A stretch of DNA of 64,000 nt from Bacillota bacterium (lineage in GTDB: Bacteria > Bacillota_I > Bacilli_A > RF39 > UBA660): positions 5,621-69,620 of the forward strand of contig SVAO01000002.1 in assembly GCA_015059365.1 (NCBI GenBank), given 5' to 3'. Of this stretch, positions 1 to 10,533 are shown one piece after another. Position numbers and translations under genes: made by a program. The notes beneath the pieces were generated by a model. The model saw nothing but the letters and a program-made list of their open reading frames with translations, was not told the DNA's origin and did no database searches. Positions within the stretch are counted from its first letter, which is position 1, and each line of letters begins with the position of its first letter.

Positions 1-543
1 ATTGCTGATTATATTTTAATCGGCGGAGGAATGTCTTATACATTTTTAAAGGCTAAAGATATTGAAATTGGTGCTTCATTATTAGATGAAGATAATATTA
101 ATTTTTGTAAAGAAATGCTTGATAAATATCCTGACAAGATAATCTTACCGATAGATTCAGTTTGTAGTAAGAAAATTGATAGTAATGAAGAATGTTCTTT
201 AAAGTTCATTACTGATTTAAATAAAGATGATATCGGTTTAGATATTGGAAAGGGAACTGTTGAATTATTTGAGCAATATTTAAATGAAAGTAAAACAGTT
301 ATTTGGAATGGACCACTAGGAATGTTTGAGTTAGAACAATATCAAAACGGTACAAAGAAAATATGCGAATGTTTATCTAAATTAGACAGTACTGTTATAA
401 TTGGTGGTGGAGATACCGCTGCGGCTGCAATTTCATTTGGTTATAAAGAGTCTTTTACCCATATTTCTACAGGTGGTGGAGCTTCATTGGAAATGATGGA
501 AGGAAAAATATTGCCGGGAATTGATGTAATAAATGATAAATAA
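1..543 (+). CDS. pgk: Phosphoglycerate kinase, C-terminal part (5' end outside window)
   Basis: Frame open from base 1 (IADYILIGGGMSYTFLKA...); PGK C-domain motifs GPLGMFE, GGGDTAAA, STGGGASLE; stop TAA 541-543. Confidence 0.95.
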   Translation: MADYILIGGGMSYTFLKAKDIEIGASLLDEDNINFCKEMLDKYPDKIILPIDSVCSKKIDSNEECSLKFITDLNKDDIGLDIGKGTVELFEQYLNESKTVIWNGPLGMFELEQYQNGTKKICECLSKLDSTVIIGGGDTAAAAISFGYKESFTHISTGGGASLEMMEGKILPGIDVINDK

Positions 544-1558
544 GTTAACATTAAAAAACAAAAATCTTAATTTTATTTTAATTTTATTATTAACATTAGG
601 CGTATTATATTTTTCTTTAAAAGATAATTTTAATGAGGTTATATATCATTTTTTTAACTTAAATTGGTTTTGGTTAGTTGTGGGTTTTATACTTGTAATA
701 GGGTATTGGTTTTTTACAAGTCTATCAATGTATTCAATTACTAAAAAGTTTACAGATAAAATTAGTATGAATGAAATATTCAAAATAAATGTCGTAACGC
801 ACTTCTTTAATGGAGTAACACCATTTGCATCAGGTGGACAACCATATCAAATTTATGCATTAAAAAAACAAAAAATAAATCTGGTTCAAAGTACCAATAT
901 CTGTGTTCAAAATTTTGTTGCTTATCAAATAGCATTAATAATTTTAGGTACATTAGCAATTATTCTTAATAATATTTTTGATTTTTTTCCTGATGTAAAA
1001 ATTTTAAAGACATTTGTATTTATTGGTTATTTAGTAAATGTTTTAGTAGCATTTGGACTTTTTGTGATAACGTTTACTCAAAAGTTTAATAAGGCGATAT
1101 TAAAGTGGCTAATTGATCTAGGCTTTAAATTTAAAATAGTAAAAGATAAACAAGAAAAAATAGAAAAATTTAATTCTTATGTTTCAAGATTTCATGACAG
1201 TACTAAATTATTGTTGAAAGATAAATTAAATTTAATAAAAATTATATTTTTTAATTTAATAGGATTGATTCTTAATTATTCTGTTCCCTTAGCGATACTT
1301 TATAGTATGGGAGATTTTAGTAGTTTTAATTTATATGTTTCTATTATCGCATCAGCGTATGTTATGATTATTGGGGCTTTTGTTCCACTTCCAGGAGGAA
1401 CAGGCGGATTAGAATATAGTTTTATTGCCTTTTTTGGAAACTTAGTAACTGGTAGTAAATTAACTGTTTTGATGTTGTGTTGGAGATTTATTACTTATTA
1501 TTTTGGAATGATAGTCGGAGGCTTATGGTTTAGTTTTAGTAGGAGGAATAAAAATTGA
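533..1558 (+). CDS. Polytopic membrane protein, flippase-like UPF0104 / lysyl-PG-synthase TM-domain family
   Basis: 341 aa with multiple hydrophobic helices; family-typical PLPGGTGGLEYSF and GGQPYQ motifs; ATG overlaps pgk 3' end by 11 nt; stop overlaps TTG start of next gene. Confidence 0.65.
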   Translation: MINKLTLKNKNLNFILILLLTLGVLYFSLKDNFNEVIYHFFNLNWFWLVVGFILVIGYWFFTSLSMYSITKKFTDKISMNEIFKINVVTHFFNGVTPFASGGQPYQIYALKKQKINLVQSTNICVQNFVAYQIALIILGTLAIILNNIFDFFPDVKILKTFVFIGYLVNVLVAFGLFVITFTQKFNKAILKWLIDLGFKFKIVKDKQEKIEKFNSYVSRFHDSTKLLLKDKLNLIKIIFFNLIGLILNYSVPLAILYSMGDFSSFNLYVSIIASAYVMIIGAFVPLPGGTGGLEYSFIAFFGNLVTGSKLTVLMLCWRFITYYFGMIVGGLWFSFSRRNKN

Positions 1559-2787
1559 GAATAGGAATATTTACAGATAGTTATACACCGTATATTAGTG
1601 GGCTAGTTACTAGTGAAGTAATGTTAAAAGAAGCATTAGAAAAACAAGGTCATACTGTATATGTTGTAACTGCTAATTTAGAAAGTTTTAAATATACGTA
1701 TGATGAGGAGGAAAAAATTATTAGAATCCCAGGAGTTCCTGTTGGCATTTATGATGCAAGGCTTACCGGAATTTATCCGATTCAAGCAATTCAAACTATA
1801 AAAAACTGGAATTTAGATATAATTCATTCTCAAACAGAGTTTGGAGTAGGGACATTTGCAAGAATAATCGCAAAACAATTAAATATTCCAATAGTTCATA
1901 CATATCATACTATGTATGAGGATTATATTCATTATATTACTAAGGGTCATTTTATGGGTCCAAGTAAAAAAATTGTTGAGTATTTAACAAAGTTTTACTG
2001 TGATAAAACAATAACTGAACTTATTGTTCCTACCAAGAAAACTTATAATTTATTTAAAGAAAAATATCAGGTTGAACGAAATGTTCATATAATACCGACA
2101 GGTATTGAAGTAGAAAGATTTTATAAAGAAAAGTTTAAAAAAGAAGATATTATTAAATTAAAAAGAAGTTTAAAGTTAACCTCTAAAGATTTTGTTTTAA
2201 CATTTGTTGGAAGATTGGGAAAAGAAAAGAGCGTTGATTTTTTAATTGAGGCTCATAAAAAAATAATTAGTAAACATCATAATGCTAAGTTATTAATAAT
2301 TGGTGATGGTCCAGAGATGAACGATTTTGTAAAGCTAGTTAAAGATTTAAAACTAGAAGATTCAGTGGTATTTACAGGTAAAGTAGCTTGGAATATGATT
2401 CCATTATACTATCAATTGACAGATGTATTTGTAACTGCTTCTACGACTGAAACACAAGGATTAACTGTAATAGAGGCCATGGCTGCAAGTATTCCAATTG
2501 TTTGTATAGAAGATGACAGTTTTAAAATAGCGGTGGTAGATGATTTGAATGGTTATTTCTTTAAGACACAGTCTACCTATGTTAAAAGAATTGATTATTT
2601 GATGGAGAATCCTAAAGAATTAAAGAGGCTTTCTAATCAAGCAAGAGTTAGTAGCGAAATGCATTCATCAAAGTACTTTGCATTAAAAGTATTAGGTGTT
2701 TATGAATTAGCTATTCAAAACAAAAACAAAAATTCAAAATTATATAAATTTAAAAAAGCAATAAAGAAGGTGTTCTGTGGAAAATAA
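1555..2787 (+). CDS. GT4 glycosyltransferase, alpha-monoglucosyl-diacylglycerol synthase-like (glycolipid synthesis)
   Basis: TTG start 8 nt after AGGAGG; N-terminus MRIGIFTDSYTPYISGLVTS resembles Acholeplasma alMGS / CpoA-type GT4 enzymes; C-terminal TETQGLTVIEAMA region typical of GT4. Confidence 0.75.
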   Translation: MRIGIFTDSYTPYISGLVTSEVMLKEALEKQGHTVYVVTANLESFKYTYDEEEKIIRIPGVPVGIYDARLTGIYPIQAIQTIKNWNLDIIHSQTEFGVGTFARIIAKQLNIPIVHTYHTMYEDYIHYITKGHFMGPSKKIVEYLTKFYCDKTITELIVPTKKTYNLFKEKYQVERNVHIIPTGIEVERFYKEKFKKEDIIKLKRSLKLTSKDFVLTFVGRLGKEKSVDFLIEAHKKIISKHHNAKLLIIGDGPEMNDFVKLVKDLKLEDSVVFTGKVAWNMIPLYYQLTDVFVTASTTETQGLTVIEAMAASIPIVCIEDDSFKIAVVDDLNGYFFKTQSTYVKRIDYLMENPKELKRLSNQARVSSEMHSSKYFALKVLGVYELAIQNKNKNSKLYKFKKAIKKVFCGK

Positions 2788-3508
2788 AAAAATAATTATT
2801 GGTAATCAAAAAATGTATATGTCTATTGGTGAAGTAAGTGAATTTTTAAAAGGAATTACAGGCAAAAACCTTGGTTCTAATATAGTTATCTGTCCTTCTT
2901 CAATATATATTCCCTATTTTTTAAAGCACAGATATTGTGTAGGAATTCAAAATATAAGTTTTGATGATAAAAGGCAATATACAGGTGAAATTTCTGCTAA
3001 ACAAGCTAGTGATACTGGAATAAAGTATGCATTAGTTGGGCATAGTGAACGTCGCCTTTATTTCAATGAAGATAATGAACTTATTAATAAGAAAGTAATT
3101 GCCTTATTACAAAATAATATTATTCCAATATTGTGTATAGGAGAGACTATAGAAGAAAAAAATTTGTTAAAAACTAATAGAGTATTAAAAAATGATATAG
3201 TTAGTTGCTTAAAAAATATTAGTTCGGATGATTTAGAAAAAATAATTATTGCTTATGAGCCAATTTGGGCTATAGGAACCAATAGAATTCCTACTATGTC
3301 AGAAATAAAATCAAATGTTAATTATATTAAAGATTTGATAAATAAAATATTTAAAAAAGATGTTAGAGTAGTTTATGGTGGAAGTGTGAATTCAAATAAC
3401 ATTAATAAACTTAATAAGATAGACAATTTGGATGGATTTCTAATAGGAGGAAGTTCTACTAAATCAGAAGAGTTTTTAAAAATTATAGAAGTTGTTGTAA
3501 ATCAATAA
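2777..3508 (+). CDS. tpiA: Triosephosphate isomerase
   Basis: GTG start after GAAGGTG, overlapping previous gene by 11 nt; IIGNQKM, VGHSERR, AYEPIWAIGT motifs. Confidence 0.93.
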   Translation: MENKKIIIGNQKMYMSIGEVSEFLKGITGKNLGSNIVICPSSIYIPYFLKHRYCVGIQNISFDDKRQYTGEISAKQASDTGIKYALVGHSERRLYFNEDNELINKKVIALLQNNIIPILCIGETIEEKNLLKTNRVLKNDIVSCLKNISSDDLEKIIIAYEPIWAIGTNRIPTMSEIKSNVNYIKDLINKIFKKDVRVVYGGSVNSNNINKLNKIDNLDGFLIGGSSTKSEEFLKIIEVVVNQ

Positions 3509-3533
3509 CTTTTTTTTACTTTTTTTGCTAAAA

Positions 3534-3540
3534 TTCGACA
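3534..3540 (-). promoter_or_regulatory. Candidate Spo0A box (TGTCGAA read on minus strand) upstream of spo0A
   Basis: Exact heptamer TTCGACA 84 nt upstream of the spo0A ATG; spo0A autoregulation via 0A boxes is known in Bacillus; a single heptamer can occur by chance. Confidence 0.3.
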
Positions 3541-3623
3541 AAACTAGATAAAAATCATTCTAGTGTCACATTTAGTATCAGTAGTATAATTAAGATAATA
3601 AGAATTTAGATAGGAGAATAAAA

Positions 3624-4394
3624 ATGGAAAAAATAAGAGTTTTAATGATAGATGATAATGTAAATTTAGTAGAAATGGTAGAGGAATATTTTTCTAGCAA
3701 TGAAAAAATTAATTTAGAAATAACTGCTCATGATGGTGAAGAAGGTATTAAAATAATTGAAGAAAGACAAAAAGATTATGATGTGATTCTATTAGATTTA
3801 ATTATGCCAAAGAAAGATGGTTTATACGTTTTAGAACAGATGAAAAAACGTGGAATAAAGAAGAATGTAATTGTTGAAACTAGTTATAATGCGAGTGAGG
3901 TAATTAGAGAGGTATCAGAATATGGTGTAAATTATTTTATATTAAAACCATTTGAATTGTCGGATTTAGAAAAAAGAATCTTAGAAACTACTAAAAGTAA
4001 AGAAACCAATAAGAAAAATATAGATTTTTATAACAGTAATCTTCAAGTTGCGATTACAAAAGTTTTACATGAATTAGGTATACCATCTCATATAAAAGGA
4101 TATCAGTATATAAGAGAAGGAATAGGAATAATATTTGAACGCCCTGAAACTATAGGTGGAATAACAAAAGAGTTATATCCTGAGTTAGCACAAAAATTCG
4201 ATACAACTGTTTCTAGAGTAGAACGAGCTATTAGGCATGCGATAGAGGTTAGTTGGAATCGCGGTAGTTGGGAGTTAATGGAAGATATTTTTGGTCACAG
4301 TGTTGATATAGATAAGGCCAAACCTACTAATTCGGAATTTATTGTAACGATTGCTGATAAGTTACGTTTAGATTTTCATAAAGTTGGTGCTTAA
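3624..4394 (+). CDS. spo0A: Sporulation master response regulator Spo0A
   Basis: Receiver domain (VLMIDDN ... DLIMPKKDG) plus Spo0A-specific C-terminal domain SHIKGYQYIREGI, TVSRVERAIRHAIEVSWNRG. Confidence 0.95.
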   Translation: MEKIRVLMIDDNVNLVEMVEEYFSSNEKINLEITAHDGEEGIKIIEERQKDYDVILLDLIMPKKDGLYVLEQMKKRGIKKNVIVETSYNASEVIREVSEYGVNYFILKPFELSDLEKRILETTKSKETNKKNIDFYNSNLQVAITKVLHELGIPSHIKGYQYIREGIGIIFERPETIGGITKELYPELAQKFDTTVSRVERAIRHAIEVSWNRGSWELMEDIFGHSVDIDKAKPTNSEFIVTIADKLRLDFHKVGA

Positions 4395-4441
4395 TATTGA
4401 TAAATAGGACGGTTGTGTTATAATAAATCCAGGTGGTTTTA

Positions 4442-5317
4442 ATGAACAAACACATATTTATTGTTAATCCAGTCTCAGGTAATGGTAAAGCAACAGAGTT
4501 TATTTATAATCTGGAAATGTATGCGAAAGAAGACAATCTAGAACATGAAATAATTATTGAAGAAACAGAAGGAAAAGGTTGTGCTTCATCAATCGCTTAT
4601 GCTTATTCTGAAGTGTTTGAAGATAGTATAATTTATAGTGTTGGTGGAGATGGGACTTTAAATGAAGTGATTAACGGTATAAATCCCAATGCGAAATTAG
4701 CAATTATACCTGCAGGCTCTGGTAACGATTTTTATAGAATATATAAAAATATAGGAGAAACAAAAACTATAGATTTAGGAGTAGTAAATGGTCGCAAATT
4801 TATAAATATTGCGTCTTTAGGATTAGATGCTAAAATGGCTAATCGTGCTAATCAAATAAAGAATAATTCTATATTACCTATGTTATGTTATCCGCGTGCT
4901 ATTTTAAGAGAACTAATTAATTATAAGCCCATAGAGATTAGCATTAATGGAGAATATAAAAAGTGTACATTATTTGCAGTTTGTAATGGTAAGTATTACG
5001 GTAATGGATTTCCCATTAATCCAAATTATGATCTAAATAATGGTATTTTAAATATGATAAGTGCAGATAAATTAAGTCGTAGAGAAATTATAATTATGTT
5101 ATTAAAATTAATGAAAGAAGAACATTTGAATTTTTCGAAAGTAAATTGTATGTTTAAGGATAATGTTGTGTTAGAATCTAATCAGGAAATCCTATGTAAT
5201 GTTGATGGTGAAATAATAAGTGGCAAAAAGTTTGAATTTGGAACTATTAAAGAAGGTCTTACATTAACCACAAATGTTCCGCGATATGTAAAGCGAGCAA
5301 TAAAGACTATTAAATAA
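4442..5317 (+). CDS. Diacylglycerol / lipid kinase (DagK-YegS family)
   Basis: AGGTGG RBS then ATG 4442 (ORF-track GTG 4433 less likely); GGDGTLNEV and PAGSGNDF motifs. Confidence 0.85.
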   Translation: MNKHIFIVNPVSGNGKATEFIYNLEMYAKEDNLEHEIIIEETEGKGCASSIAYAYSEVFEDSIIYSVGGDGTLNEVINGINPNAKLAIIPAGSGNDFYRIYKNIGETKTIDLGVVNGRKFINIASLGLDAKMANRANQIKNNSILPMLCYPRAILRELINYKPIEISINGEYKKCTLFAVCNGKYYGNGFPINPNYDLNNGILNMISADKLSRREIIIMLLKLMKEEHLNFSKVNCMFKDNVVLESNQEILCNVDGEIISGKKFEFGTIKEGLTLTTNVPRYVKRAIKTIK

Positions 5318-5364
5318 TTGATAGTCTTTTTAATTTTTGGTATAATGGGTATGGAGATGATAAC

Positions 5365-6873
5365 ATGAAGCCATTAGTATTGTGTATTTTAGATGGTGTT
5401 GGTATTAGAGAAGAATCGCATGGCAATGCTTTTTTGAATGCTAAAACCCCTAATTTTGATTATTTGTGGAATAATTACCCACATTCACTTTTACAAGCTA
5501 GTGGACTAGATGTTGGCTTACCAGAAGGACAAATGGGAAATAGTGAAGTTGGACATTTAAATATAGGTTCTGGTAGAATTGTTTATCAACCATTACAATC
5601 AATTAATAATAAAATATCAGATTTGTCTTTTCATAAAAACAGGGAGATATTAGGTGCTTTTAAACATGTAAAAAAACATAAATCTTCTTTACATGTTATG
5701 GGATTACTTAGTGATGGAGGTATACATTCTCATATTAATCACTTATTTGCTATTTTAGATATGTGTAAACAAAATGGAATAAAAACAGTTTATATACACG
5801 CATTTACAGATGGAAGAGATACTAAACCAGATTCTGCTTTGAAATATTTAGAAATGCTTGAAAATAAAATTAATGAATTAGGCGTAGGAGAAATTGCTAC
5901 TATATCAGGTAGATATTATGCGATGGATCGTGATAATAGATGGGATAGAATTGATAAGGCGTATCAAGCCATTGTAGATGGAATTGGTGAACAATATTCA
6001 TCGTTTCAGGAAGCAATTAAACATAATTATGATAACAATATTACAGATGAGTTTATTGTTCCGGCTATAATTAATAAAAGAGGTATTATTGAAGATAATG
6101 ATGCAATTATTACATTTAACTATCGTCCAGATCGTTTACGAGAATTATTTTCTGCTCTTACTAACAAGGATAATCACGAATTTGAACGTACTATTTTAAG
6201 TAATATTAGACTTGTAACAATGATGCCTGTAAGTTATGATGTGCTACATTATAGTGCTTTTTACCCAAATGAATTAAAGTGTACATTTGGTGAGTATATT
6301 AGTAAAAAAGGACTAAAACAATTGCGTATTGCTGAAACTGAAAAATACGCTCATGTTACTTATTTCTTTGATGGAGGAATAGAAAGACGTTTAAAAAAAT
6401 GCGATCAAGTTTTAATTCCATCGCCAAAAGTTGCAACATATGATTTACAACCTGAAATGAGTTCATTTATACTTACTAAAACGTTAATTGATAAATTAGA
6501 AGATTATGATGTTGTAATTTTAAATTATGCGAATGGTGATATGGTTGGACATACAGGAAATTATGAGAAAGCAGTTAAAGCCATGGAGGCTGTAGATATT
6601 TGTTTAGCTCCATTATATAATAAGGTTAAAGCATTAGGCGGAACTTTAATGGTAATTGCTGATCATGGAAATTGTGAATATATGTTAGATGAAAACAATA
6701 ATCCAATAACTACACACTCTACAAGTTTGGTGCCATGCATTATAACTCGTAAAGATATTATTTTAAAAGATGGAAGACTATGTGATGTGGCACCAACTTT
6801 ATTAAATCTTTTAAATTTAAAAATACCTAAAGAAATGACTGGCGAAGTATTGTTTGAATATAAACAAATTTAA
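5365..6873 (+). CDS. gpmI: 2,3-bisphosphoglycerate-independent phosphoglycerate mutase
   Basis: 502 aa; LCILDGVG, GNSEVGH, ETEKYAHVTYFFDGG, ADHGN motifs. Confidence 0.95.
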   Translation: MKPLVLCILDGVGIREESHGNAFLNAKTPNFDYLWNNYPHSLLQASGLDVGLPEGQMGNSEVGHLNIGSGRIVYQPLQSINNKISDLSFHKNREILGAFKHVKKHKSSLHVMGLLSDGGIHSHINHLFAILDMCKQNGIKTVYIHAFTDGRDTKPDSALKYLEMLENKINELGVGEIATISGRYYAMDRDNRWDRIDKAYQAIVDGIGEQYSSFQEAIKHNYDNNITDEFIVPAIINKRGIIEDNDAIITFNYRPDRLRELFSALTNKDNHEFERTILSNIRLVTMMPVSYDVLHYSAFYPNELKCTFGEYISKKGLKQLRIAETEKYAHVTYFFDGGIERRLKKCDQVLIPSPKVATYDLQPEMSSFILTKTLIDKLEDYDVVILNYANGDMVGHTGNYEKAVKAMEAVDICLAPLYNKVKALGGTLMVIADHGNCEYMLDENNNPITTHSTSLVPCIITRKDIILKDGRLCDVAPTLLNLLNLKIPKEMTGEVLFEYKQI

Positions 6874-6898
6874 ACACTATATATGTATAGTGTTTTTT
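6874..6898 (+). terminator. Rho-independent terminator after gpmI
   Basis: ACACTATA-tatg-TATAGTGT hairpin followed by T-run. Confidence 0.75.
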
Positions 6899-6944
6899 CG
6901 TTGAAAATTAAATAAAAAAAAGATATAATTATATTGGTGGTTTT

Positions 6945-7925
6945 ATGTGGAATATAGGCGATGTTAAAATAAAAAACAGAGTAGTTTTAGCTCCTATGGC
7001 AGGTATTTGTAATAGTGCATATAGAACAATTATTAAAGAAATGGGTTGTGGTTTGATTGAGGCAGAAATGGTTAGTGATAAAGCTATAACTTTTGGAAAC
7101 GAAAAAACTATAGATATGTTATATATGACTGATTTCGAAAGACCAATTTCTCAACAAATTTTTGGAAGTGATAAGACAAGTTTTGTTACTTCGGCAAAAT
7201 ATATTTATGAACATATGAAACCAGATATTATTGATATTAATATGGGATGTCCAGTACCAAAGGTAGCTCTTCGTGCTCAAGCAGGGAGTGCATTACTTAA
7301 AACGCCGGAAAAAATATATGATATAGTTTCAAGTGTTGTAAAATCGGTACCAATTCCCGTAACTGTAAAAATTCGTAGTGGCTGGGATTTTGATAGTATT
7401 AATGCTGTTGAAGTTGCGAAAATAATAGAAAAAGCAGGAGCAAGTGCTATTACAGTTCATCCTAGGACACGTAGTCAAGGTTATTCTGGTAAGGCTGATT
7501 GGAGAATAATAAAGGAAGTAAAAGAAGCGGTAAATATACCAGTTATAGGTAATGGAGATATTAATTCTTGTTATGACGCTAAAAGAATGATTGATGAGAC
7601 TGGATGCGATGCGGTTATGATTGGACGTGGAGTCCTAGGCAACCCTTGGTTAATAAAAGAATGTATAGAATATTTAGAAACCGGAAAGGAACCTAAAGAA
7701 ATAACTTTAGAAGAAAAGATTTTTATGATAAAAAAACATCTTGGTTATTTACTAAAATTAAAACCTGAAAAAGTAGCTTTGTTGGAAATGCGAAGTCATG
7801 CATCTTGGTATTTAAAAGGAGTTCCTAACGGAAGTAAAATAAGAACAAAAATTAATCAAACAACAAATATAGATGATTTCAATCAATTGTTAGATGATTT
7901 TTTAGGAGGAAAATATGGAAACTAG
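6945..7925 (+). CDS. dusB: tRNA-dihydrouridine synthase
   Basis: LAPMAGICNSAYR, DINMGCP, IGNGDI motifs of the Dus family. Confidence 0.9.
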   Translation: MWNIGDVKIKNRVVLAPMAGICNSAYRTIIKEMGCGLIEAEMVSDKAITFGNEKTIDMLYMTDFERPISQQIFGSDKTSFVTSAKYIYEHMKPDIIDINMGCPVPKVALRAQAGSALLKTPEKIYDIVSSVVKSVPIPVTVKIRSGWDFDSINAVEVAKIIEKAGASAITVHPRTRSQGYSGKADWRIIKEVKEAVNIPVIGNGDINSCYDAKRMIDETGCDAVMIGRGVLGNPWLIKECIEYLETGKEPKEITLEEKIFMIKKHLGYLLKLKPEKVALLEMRSHASWYLKGVPNGSKIRTKINQTTNIDDFNQLLDDFLGGKYGN

Positions 7926-8502
7926 TTTTTTTAAAAGAATGTCTGCATATATTATTGATATAGTAGTGTTTACTTTAATATTTGGAATATTTTCAATGAT
8001 TATCCCTGAAAGTAATAATGTTGTAGTGCTAAATAGTCAATTATCAGAATTAAGTGAAAAAGTATTAAATAATGAATTAACTATGACTGCTTATTTTAAT
8101 CAGTATGCAGGAATTGTTCATAGCCTAGATAAGGAATTATTTTTGAGTAATTTATTTAATCTAGTATTAATGATAGGTTATTTTGCTATTTTACCATTTT
8201 ATTATAATGGACAAACCATAGGTAAAAAAATATTAAAAATTAAAGTAAAAAAAGATGATGGTCAATTGTCTATGAATGATTTAATAATTAGAAATTTTAT
8301 AATTAATGGCTTATTATTTAGTTTTATTGCAGCTGCGATAATATTTATAGTAAGTGATTCAGCATATTTAATAATTGTTTCTATTTTAGCATTTATTGAA
8401 ATTTTACTAGTAATTATAAGCATTTTTATGATATTATATAGACATGACAGAAAAGGTTTGCATGACTTATTGTGTAAAACAAGTGTTGTAGAGGAAAATT
8501 AG
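7915..8502 (+). CDS. RDD family membrane protein
   Basis: Three or more TM segments, GQTIGKKILKIKV and C-terminal HDRKGLHD motifs typical of RDD domain. Confidence 0.65.
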   Translation: METSFFKRMSAYIIDIVVFTLIFGIFSMIIPESNNVVVLNSQLSELSEKVLNNELTMTAYFNQYAGIVHSLDKELFLSNLFNLVLMIGYFAILPFYYNGQTIGKKILKIKVKKDDGQLSMNDLIIRNFIINGLLFSFIAAAIIFIVSDSAYLIIVSILAFIEILLVIISIFMILYRHDRKGLHDLLCKTSVVEEN

Positions 8503-8513
8503 AGGTGGAAAAA

Positions 8514-9989
8514 ATGAGAGAGTTTACAGAACAAGAATTAGTTCGTAGAAAAAAAGTAGAAACAATTCGTGAAGTTACTAATCCATATCCAGAAAAATAT
8601 GAGGTAAATTATGAAATTTGTGATGCTGCAAAATTAGAAGATGGTACTACTGGAGTAAAAATTGCTGGTCGTATTGTTTTGATGCGTAAAATGGGAAAAA
8701 TGAGTTTCTTAACTATTGGTGATATTAAGGGAAAAATTCAAATCTCTGTTAAATTAGATATGATAGGTGAAGAAGCTTATAATAATTTTAAAAACTTTTA
8801 TGATTTAGGGGATTTTATTGGTGTAGAAGGTGAAGTATTTACTACTCATACCGGTGAAAAAACAGTACGTGCAGAAAAAATAGAATTCTTGGGTAAAGCT
8901 TTAAAACCATTACCAGAAAAATTCCATGGTATTGAAGATATTGAAACAATTTATCGAAATAGATATTTAGATTTAATTATGAATGATGATTCTAAAAAGA
9001 AATTTTTACTTCGTACTAAATTTATTAAAGAATTAAGAGATTATTTAGATAAATTGGGATATATTGAAATTGAAACTCCAATTTTAAATAATAAAGCAAG
9101 TGGAGCAACTGCAAGACCTTTTATTACTCATCACAATGCATTGGATATTGATGTATATTTAAGGATTGCTCCAGAAACATATTTAAAAAGAGCTGTTGTG
9201 GGTGGTTTTACAAAAGTATTTGAAATTGCAAGATGCTTTAGAAATGAAGGTATGGATGCTGCACACTTACAAGATTTTACAATGGTTGAAGGATATGGTG
9301 CTTATTTAAATTATAAAGATAATATGAAATTATTACGTGAAATGCTTCAAACAATTATTATGAATTTATTTGGAACCTTAACTATTAAAGTAGGTGATAA
9401 AGAAGTAGATTTATCTGGAGAATGGGAAAGCGTTAGTTTTAAAGAATTAATATTAAAGTATGCAGATATTGATATTGATGTAAATAATACTAAAGAATTA
9501 TTATTACAACAAATAATTAATAAAGGCATTGACATTGATTCTGAAGTTCCGTTAGAAAATTTAGGATTTGGTAATTTAGTTGACCAACTTTATAAAAAAG
9601 TTGCTCGCCCACATTTAGTAAATCCAGTATTTTTAACCGAACATCCAATTAGTTTATCACCTTTAGCACGTGCTAATGATGATAACAAAGAAATAACTGA
9701 TCGTTTCCAACTGATTATTAATGGTGCAGAAATTATTAATGCTTATTCAGAATTAGTAGATCCACAAGAACAAGAAGCTCGTCTTTTAGAACAAGCTAAA
9801 TTAAAAGCTGGTGGAGATGAAGAAGCAATGCCAATGGATTATGATTATATTGAGGCTATGGAATATGGAATGCCACCAATTAGTGGATGGGGAATGGGAA
9901 TAGATCGTTTAATTCAATTATTAACAAGTTCTGAAAATATCAAGGATGTTGTGTTGTTCCCACTTATGAGACCAAAGGATGGAGAGTAA
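8514..9989 (+). CDS. lysS: Lysyl-tRNA synthetase (class II)
   Basis: GAGGTGG RBS then ATG 8514; OB-fold N-domain, class II motifs (RNRYLDL, FRNEG, GMGIDRL). Confidence 0.95.
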   Translation: MREFTEQELVRRKKVETIREVTNPYPEKYEVNYEICDAAKLEDGTTGVKIAGRIVLMRKMGKMSFLTIGDIKGKIQISVKLDMIGEEAYNNFKNFYDLGDFIGVEGEVFTTHTGEKTVRAEKIEFLGKALKPLPEKFHGIEDIETIYRNRYLDLIMNDDSKKKFLLRTKFIKELRDYLDKLGYIEIETPILNNKASGATARPFITHHNALDIDVYLRIAPETYLKRAVVGGFTKVFEIARCFRNEGMDAAHLQDFTMVEGYGAYLNYKDNMKLLREMLQTIIMNLFGTLTIKVGDKEVDLSGEWESVSFKELILKYADIDIDVNNTKELLLQQIINKGIDIDSEVPLENLGFGNLVDQLYKKVARPHLVNPVFLTEHPISLSPLARANDDNKEITDRFQLIINGAEIINAYSELVDPQEQEARLLEQAKLKAGGDEEAMPMDYDYIEAMEYGMPPISGWGMGIDRLIQLLTSSENIKDVVLFPLMRPKDGE

Positions 9990-9991
9990 AA

Positions 9992-10531
9992 ATGGAATTA
10001 TATGTAGTTAGACATGGAGAAACTAATGAAAATATAAAACATATGATGCAAGGAAATATGGATACTGTTTTAAATGAAACAGGGCGTAACCAAGCATTAG
10101 GGGTAAGGAAAAAGATAGAAAATATTAAAATTGATTTAATTATTTCATCACCTAAATTACGTGCTTTAGAAACGGCTCAAATTATTAGTAATGGACAAAT
10201 TCCAATAATTACAGATGAACGTTTACTTAGTCGTAATCATGGAGAATTTCAGGGTAAAAGTCGATATGATATTGACATAGAGAATTACTGGAATATTAAG
10301 AAAAATGAGCAATATGAAACTGCAGAGAGTGTAAGTCACATGTTTGAACGTATTATTGACTTATTAAATGATATTAAGAAAAACTATTCAGATAAAACAG
10401 TGATGTTAGCGACTCATAGTGGTGTATGTAGAATACTATATTATTATTTTAATGGTATTCCAGAGTCTGGAAGCTTATTAGGTTATGAATCAGTAAATTG
10501 TTCTTTAGAAAAATATGAATTGGGGGAATAG
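9992..10531 (+). CDS. Histidine phosphatase (phosphoglycerate mutase-like) family protein
   Basis: N-terminal RHGET catalytic motif (LYVVRHGETNEN), later ATHSG. Confidence 0.8.
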   Translation: MELYVVRHGETNENIKHMMQGNMDTVLNETGRNQALGVRKKIENIKIDLIISSPKLRALETAQIISNGQIPIITDERLLSRNHGEFQGKSRYDIDIENYWNIKKNEQYETAESVSHMFERIIDLLNDIKKNYSDKTVMLATHSGVCRILYYYFNGIPESGSLLGYESVNCSLEKYELGE

Positions 10532-10533
10532 AG

